This document shows, in pieces, positions 56,401-64,000 of a stretch of DNA of 64,000 nt (its first letter is position 1; every line of letters begins with the position of its first letter). Under the pieces are notes generated by a model. That model did no database searches and was not told the DNA's origin. It saw nothing but the letters and a program-made list of their open reading frames with translations. Both the position numbers and the translations under genes were made by a program. The DNA comes from Eledone cirrhosa (Eukaryota): assembly GCA_964016885.1 (NCBI GenBank), contig OZ024743.1, positions 129,270,001 to 129,334,000 on the forward strand, written 5' to 3'.

Positions 56401-59400
56401 CAAACACCAAACACCAAACACCAAGCACCAAACACCAAACACCAAGCACCAGACACCAAGCACCAAACACCAAACACCAAACACCAAGCACCAAACACCA
56501 AACACCAAACACCAGACACCAAGCACCAAACACCAAACACCAAACACCAAGCACCAAGCACCAAACACCAAACACCAAACACCAAGCACCAAACACTAAA
56601 CACCAAACACCAAAAACCAAACACCAAGCACCAGACACCAAGCACCAAACACCAAACACCAAGCACCAAACACCAAACACCAAGCACCAAGCACCAAACA
56701 CCAAACACCAAGCACCAAGCACCAAACACCAAGCACCAAAGACCTAACACCAAACAGCAAACACCAAACACCATACAGCAAACACTAAACACCAAAAAGC
56801 AGACACCAACCAGCAAACACCAAACACGAAACACCAAACACCAAACAGCAAACACCAAACACCAAGCACCAAACACCAAGGACCAAGCACCAAACACCTA
56901 ACACCAAGCACCAAGCACCAAGCACCAAACACCAAGCACCAAACACCAAACATCAAGCACCAAGCACCAAGTACCAAACACCAAGAACCAAGAACCAAAC
57001 ACCAAGCACCAAGCACCAAGTACAAACACCAAGTACCAAGCACCAAGCACCAAACACCAAGAACCAAGCACCAAACACAAAACACCAAGCACCAAGCACC
57101 AAGCATCAAACACCAAGCAGCAAACACCAAACACCAAGCACCAAGCACCAAACACAAAGCACCCAGCACCAAACACCAAGGACCAAGCACCAAGCACCAA
57201 AAACCAAACACCAAACACAAAACACAAAGCACCAAGCACCAAACACCAAACTCCAAGCACCAAGCACCAAGCACCAAACACCAAACACCAAGCACCAAGC
57301 ACCAGGCACCAAACACCAAGCACCAAGCACCAAACACCAAGCACCAAGCACCAAACACCAAACGCCAAACACCAAACACCAAGAACCAAGAAACAAACAC
57401 CAATCACCAAGCACCAAGTACAAACACCAAGCACCAAGCACCAAGCACCAAACACCAAGCACCAAGCACCAAGCGCAAAACACCAAGCACCAAGCACCAA
57501 GCATCAAACACCAAGCAGCAAACACCAAACACCAAGCACCAAGCACCAAGCGCCAAGCACCAAACACAATGCACCCAGCACCAAACACCAAGGACCAAGC
57601 ACCAAGCACCAAGCACCAAAAACCAAACACGAAACACGAAACACCAAGCACCAAGCACCAAACACCAAACTCCAAGCACCAAGCACCAAACACCAAACAG
57701 CAAGCACCATGCACCAAGCACCAGGCACCAGACACCAAGCACCAAGCACCAAACACCAAGCACCAAGCACCAAACACCAAACACCAAACACCAAACAGCA
57801 AACAACATACATCAAACACCAAACACCAAAAATCAAACACCAAACACCAAACAGCAAACACCAAACAACAAACACCAAACAACAAACACCAAACAGCAAA
57901 CAGCAAACACCAAACACCAAGCACCAAGCACCAAACACCAAACACCAAACACCAAGCACCAGGCACCAAACACCAAGCACCAAGCACCAAACACCAAGCT
58001 CCTAGCACCAAACATCAAGCACCAAACACCAAGTACAAACACCAAGCACCAAACACCAAACACCAAGCACCAAACACCAAGCACCTATCACCAAGCACCA
58101 AACACCAAGCAGCCAGCAACAAGCACCAAACACCAAGCACCAAGCACCAAAAACCAGACACCAAGCACCAAGCACCAAACACCTAACACCAAGCACCAAG
58201 CACCAACCACCAAACACCAAGCACCAAGCACCAAACACCAAGCGCCAAACACGAAGCACCAAGCACCAAACACCAAGCACCAAGCACCAAACACCAAGCA
58301 CCAAGCACCAAGCATCAAACACCAAGCACCAAACACCAAACACCAAGCACCAAGCACCAAGCATCAAACACCAAGCATATAACACCAAACACCAAGCACC
58401 AAGCACCCAGCACCAAACACCAAGCACCAAGCACCAAGCAAAAAGCACCAAACACCAAGCACCAAACACCAAACACCAAGCATCAAACACCAAACACCAA
58501 GCACCAAGCACCAAACACCTAACACCAAGCACCAAACACCAAGCACCAAACACCAACCACCAAACACCAAGCACCAAGCACCAAGCACCAAGCACCAAAC
58601 ACCAAGCACCAAACACCAAGCACCAAACACCTAACACCAAGCACCAAGCACCAAGTACCAAGCACCAAACACCAAGCACCAAACACCAAACACCAAGCAC
58701 CAAACACCAAACACCAAGCACCAAGCACCAAACACCTAACACCAAGCACCAAACACCAACCACCAAACACCAAGCACCAAACACCAAGCACCAAGCACCA
58801 AGCACCAAGCACCAAACACCAAGCACCAAGCACCAAGCACCAAGTACAAACACCAAGCACCAAGCACCAAACACCAAGCACCAAGCATCAAACACCAAAC
58901 ACCAAACACCAAGCACCAAGCACCAAGCATCAAACACCAAGCATATAACACCAAACACCAAGCACCAAGCACCAAACACCAAGAACCAAGCACCAAGCAC
59001 CAAGTACAAACACCAATCACCAAGCACCAAACACCAAACACCAAGCACCAAACACCAAGCACCAATCACCAAGCACCAAACACCAAGCAGCCAGCAGCAA
59101 GCACCAAACACCAAACACCAAGCACCAAGCACCAAAAACCAGACACCAAGCACCAAGCACCAAACACCTAACACCAAGCACCAAGCACCAAGTACCAAGC
59201 ACCAAACACCAAGCACCAAACACCAAACACCAAGCACCAAACACCAAACACCAAGCACCAAGCACCAAACACCTAACACCAAGCACCAAGCACCAACCAC
59301 CAAACACCAAGCACCAAGCACCAAGCACCAAGCACCAAACACCAAGCACCAAACACCAAGCACGAAACACCAAGCACCAAGCACCAAAGACCAAGCACCA

Positions 59401-62400
59401 AGCACCAAACACCAAGCACCAATCACCATGCATCAAACACCAAGCAGCCAGCAGCAAGCACCAAACACCAAACACCAAGCACCAAGCACCAAAAACCAAA
59501 CACCAAGCACCAAGCACCAAACACCAAGCACCAAGCACCAAACACCAAGCACCAAGCACCAAGCACCAAACACCAAGCACCAAAGACCAAGCACCAAGCA
59601 CCAAACACCAAGCACCCAGCACCAAACACCAAGCACCCAGCACCAAACACCAAGCACCAAACACCAACCACCCAGCACCAAGCACCAAACACCAAGCACC
59701 AAGCACCAAACACCAAGCACCCAGCACCAAACACCAAGCACCCAGCACCAAACACCAAGCACCAAACACCAACCACCCAGCACCAAGCACCAAACACCAA
59801 GCACCAAGCACCAAACACAAAACACCAAGCACCAAGCACCAAGCACCAAACACCAAGCACCAACCACCAAGCACCAAACACAAAACACCAAGCACAATGC
59901 ACCCAGCACCAAACACCAAGGACCAAGCACCAAGCACCAAGCACCAAACACGAAACACGAAACACCAAGCACCAAGCACCAAACACCAAACTCCAAGCAC
60001 CAAGCACCAAACACCAAACACCAAGCACCAGGCACCAAACACCAAGCACCAAGCACCAAACACCAAGCACCAAGCACCAAGCACCAAGCACCAAACACAA
60101 TGCACCCAGCACCAAACACCAAGGACCAAGCACCAAGCACCAAGCACCAAACACGAAACACGAAACACCAAGCACCAAGCACCAAACACCAAACTCCAAG
60201 CACCAAGCACCAAACACCAAACACCAAGCACCAGGCACCAAACACCAAGCACCAAGCACCAGGCACCAAACACCAAGCACCAAGCACCAAACACCAAGCA
60301 CCTAGCACCAAACACCAAGCACCAAACACCAAGTACAAACACCAAGCACCAAACACCAAACACCAAGCACCAAACACCAAGCACCAATCACCAAGCACCA
60401 AACACCAAGCAGCCAGCAACAAGCACCAAACACCAAGCACCAAGCACCAAAAACCAGACACCAAGCACCAAGCACCAAACACCTAACACCAAGCACCAAG
60501 CACCAACCACCAAACACCAAGCACCAAGCACCAAGCACCAAGCACCAAACACCAAGCACCAAACACCAAGCACCAAACACCAAGCACCAAGCACCAAACA
60601 CCAAGCACCAAGCACCAAACACCAAGCACCAAGCACCAAGCATCAAACACCAAGCACCAAACACCAAACACCAAGCACCAAACACCAAACACCAAGCACC
60701 AAGCACCAAACACCTAACACCAAGCACCAAACACCAACCACCAAACACCAAGCACCAAACACCAAGCACCAAGCACCAAGCACCAAGCACCAAACACCAA
60801 GCACCAAGCACCAAGCACCAAGTACAAACACCAAGCACCAAGCACCAAACACCAAGCACCAAGCATCAAACACCAAACACCAAACACCAAGCACCAAGCA
60901 CCAAGCATCAAACACCAAGCATATAACACCAAACACCAAGCACCAAGCACCAAACACCAAGAACCAAGCACCAAGCACCAAGTACAAACACCAATCACCA
61001 AGCACCAAACACCTAACACCAAGCACCAAACACCAACCACCAAACACCAAGCACCAAGGACCAAGCACCAAGCACCAAGCACCAAACACCAAGCACCAAG
61101 CACCAAGCACCAAGTACAAACACCAAGCACCAAGCACCAAACACCAAGCACCAAGCATCAAACACCAAACACCATACACCAAGCACCAAGCACCAAGCAT
61201 CAAACACCAAGCATATAACACCAAACACCAAGCACCAAGCACCAAACACCATGAACCAAGCACCAAGCACCAAGTACAAACACCAATCACCAAGCACCAA
61301 ACACCAAACACCAAGCACCAAACACCAAGCACCAATCACCAAGCACCAAACACCAAGCAGCCAGCAGCAAGCACCAAACACCAAACACCAAGCACCAAGC
61401 ACCAAAAACCAGACACCAAGCACCAAGCACCAAACACCTAACACCAAGCACCAAGCACCAGGTACCAAGCACCAAACACCAAGCACCAAACACCAAACAC
61501 CAAGCACCAAACACCAAACACCAAGCACCAAGCACCAAACACCTAACACCAAGCACCAAGCACCAACCACCAAACACCAAGCACGAAGCACCAAGCACGA
61601 AGCACCAAACACCAAGCACCAAACACCAAGCACCAAACACCAAGCACCAAGCACCAAACACCAAGCACCAAGCACCAAACACCAAGCACCAAGCACCAAG
61701 CATCAAACACCAAACACCAAGCACCAAACACCAAGCACCAATCACCATGCATCAAACACCAAGCAGCCAGCAGCAAGCACCAAACACCAAACACCAAGCA
61801 CCAAGCACCAAAAACCAAACACCAAGCACCAAGCACCAAACACCAAGCACCAAGCACCAAACACCAAGCACCAAGCACCAAGCATCAAACACCAAACACC
61901 AAGCACCAAACACCAAGCACCAATCACCATGCATCAAACACCAAGCAGCCAGCAGCAAGCACCAAACACCAAACACCAAGCACCAAGCACCAAAAACCAA
62001 ACACCAAGCACCAAGCACCAAACACCAAGCACCAAGCACCAAACACCAAGCACCAAGCACCAAGCACCAAACACCAAGCACCAAAGACCAAGCACCAAGC
62101 ACCAAACACCAAGCACCCAGCACCAAACCCCAAGCACCCAGCACCAAACACCAAGCACCAAACACCAACCACCCAGCACCAAGCACCAAACACCAAGCAC
62201 CAAGCACCAAACACCAAGCACCCAGCACCAAACACCAAGCACCCAGCACCAAACACCAAGCACCAAACACCAACCACCCAGCACCAAGCACCAAACACCA
62301 AGCACCAAGCACCAAACACAAAACACCAAGCACCAAGCACCAAGCACCAAACACCAAGCACCAACCACCAAGCACCAAACACAAAACACCAAGCACCAAG

Positions 62401-64000
62401 CACCAAGCATCAAACACCAAGCAGCAAACACCAAACACCAAGCACCAAGCACCAAGCACCAAGCACCAAACACAATGCACCCAGCACCAAACACCAAGGA
62501 CCAAGCACCAAGCACCCAGCACCAAACACGAAACACGAAACACCAAGCACCAAGCACCAAACACCAAACTCCAAGCACCAAGCACCAAACACCAAACACC
62601 AAGCACCAGGCACCAAACACCAAGCACCAAGCACCAAACACCAAGCACCAAGCACCAAACACCAAACACCAAACACCAAACAGCAAACAACATACATCAA
62701 ACACCAAACACCAAAAAGCAAACACCAAACACCAAACAGCAAACACCAAACAACAAACACCAAACAACAAACACCAAACAGCAAACAGCAAACACCAAAC
62801 ACCAAGCACCAAGCACCAAACACCAAACACCAAACACCAAGCACCAGGCACCAAACACCAAGCACCAAGCACCAAACACCAAGCACCTAGCACCAAACAC
62901 CAAGCACCAAACACCAAGTACAAACACCAAGCACCAAACACCAAACACCAAGCACCAAACACCAAGCACCAATCACCAAGCACCAAACACCAAGCAGCCA
63001 GCAACAAGCACCAAACACCAAGCACCAAGCACCAAAAACCAGACACCAAGCACCAAGCACCAAACACCTAACACCAAGCACCAAGCACCAACCACCAAAC
63101 ACCAAGCACCAAGCACCAAGCACCAAGCACCAAACACCAAGCACCAAGCACCAAACACCAAGCACCAAGCACCAAGCATCAAACACCAAGCACCAAACAC
63201 CAAACACCAAGCACCAAGCACCAAGCATCAAACACCAAGCATATAACACCAAACACCAAGCACCAAGCACCCAGCACCAAACACCAAGCACCAAGCACCA
63301 AGCAAAAAGCACCAAACACCAAGCACCAAACACCAAACACCAAGCACCAAACACCAAACACCAAGCACCAAGCACCAAACACCTAACACCAAGCACCAAA
63401 CACCAAGCACCAAACAACAACCACCAAACACCAAGCACCAAGCACCAAGCACCAAGCACCAAACACCAAGCACCAAACACCAAGCACCAAACACCTAACA
63501 CCAAGCACCAAGCACCAAGTACCAAGCACCAAATACCAAGCACCAAACACCAAACACCAAGCACCAAACACCAAACACCAAGCACCAAGCACCAAACACC
63601 TAACACCAAGCACCAAACACCAACCACCAAACACCAAGCACCAAGGACCAAGCACCAAGCACCAAGCACCAAACACCAAGCACCAAGCACCAAGCACCAA
63701 GTACAAACACCAAGCACCAAGAACCAAACACCAAGCACCAAGCATCAAACACCAAACACCAAACACCAAGCACCAAGCACCAAGCATCAAACACCAAGCA
63801 TATAACACCAAACACCAAGCACCAAGCACCAAATACCAAGAACCAAGCACCAAGCACCAAGTACAAACACCAATCACCAAGCACCAAACACCAAACACCA
63901 AGCACCAAACACCAAGCACCAATCACCAAGCACCAAACACCAAGCAGCCAGCAGCAAGCACCAAACACCAAACACCAAGCACCAAGCACCAAAAACCAGA
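53490..64000. repeat. Diverged long-range copy of ~13.3-25.3 kb
   Basis: ORF pairs 16297/56898 and 17108/57709 (offset 40601), 17474/58088 (40614), 19858/58736 (38878), 20599/59428 (38829), 22755/61287 (38532), 23689/62410 and 23976/62697 (38721). Module order is the same. Confidence 0.8.
61701..62064. repeat. 182-bp (26-unit) local tandem duplication
   Basis: CATCAAA at 61701/61883, ATGCAT at 61747/61929 and CAGCCAG at 61764/61946. Confidence 0.85.

Larger units (their letters stand above)
1..64000. repeat. Heptanucleotide tandem satellite array (CACCAAG/CACCAAA)n, ~9,100 units, running off both window edges
   Basis: Every line parses into 7-bp units CACCAAR or 1-2-substitution variants. 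One orientation throughout, + strand almost T-free, no unique sequence seen. Confidence 0.99.

Noticed and set aside
242-63992. Hundreds of minus-strand ORFs (WCLVLGA/WCLVFGV repeats) resembling multi-pass membrane proteins
   Set aside because: They overlap in all three frames with the same peptide, have no non-repetitive domain, and start and stop only at sporadic variant units. They are a consequence of the stop-free heptamer.
1-64000. CRISPR array or other repeat-spacer system
   Set aside because: There are no unique spacers: sequence between landmark cassettes is the same heptamer and is itself duplicated. No cas, reverse transcriptase or recombinase gene is present.
1-64000. Cyanobacterial STRR-type heptamer repeats (e.g. 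CCCCARTn)
   Set aside because: The unit length matches but the consensus differs. STRR tracts are short and lie between or within genes, unlike a gene-free array of at least 64 kb. A prokaryotic source is not formally excluded.
1-64000. Sequencing artefact or synthetic low-complexity sequence
   Set aside because: Rare variants recur in fixed order at exact long-range offsets with private substitutions and in-register indels, as expected of an evolved satellite. Copy number of the youngest duplications still needs read validation.
1-64000. Canonical G-quadruplex, i-motif or hairpin-forming array
   Set aside because: The minus strand has mostly GG doublets, with GGG only at scattered CACCCAG variants, so at best weak two-tier G4s could form. 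The T-poor, single-orientation sequence cannot form long inverted repeats.

Overview
The whole 64 kb window is one uninterrupted heptanucleotide tandem satellite with consensus CACCAA(G/A) on + and (C/T)TTGGTG on -, about 9,100 units in a single orientation. I saw no unique-sequence insert, inversion, credible gene, RNA gene, CRISPR array or mobile element. All ORFs in the track are artefacts: a stop-free 7-mer reads as the same 7-aa peptide in every frame (HQAPSTK/HQTPNTK on +, WCLVLGA/WCLVFGV on -). The informative structure is in the variants. Position 7 is a near-balanced G/A switch. A small vocabulary of rare units (CAGCCAG-CAGCAAG, CATCAAA, CATATAA, CACCTAA, CACCATG, the 6-bp TACAAA/TAGAAA) builds modules of 0.1-1.1 kb. 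These modules are copied into nested higher-order duplications at offsets of 105, 182, 448, 2138, ~2.4-3.0 kb, ~5.1 kb, 11,935 bp and ~39-41 kb. Offsets were read from identical ORF-track entries and checked against marker variants; breakpoints are approximate. The most likely identity is eukaryotic-type heterochromatic, centromeric or telomere-like satellite, but organism and function cannot be determined from this window. I found no protein-coding system. The best novelty candidate is the array's hierarchical, binary-variant architecture.
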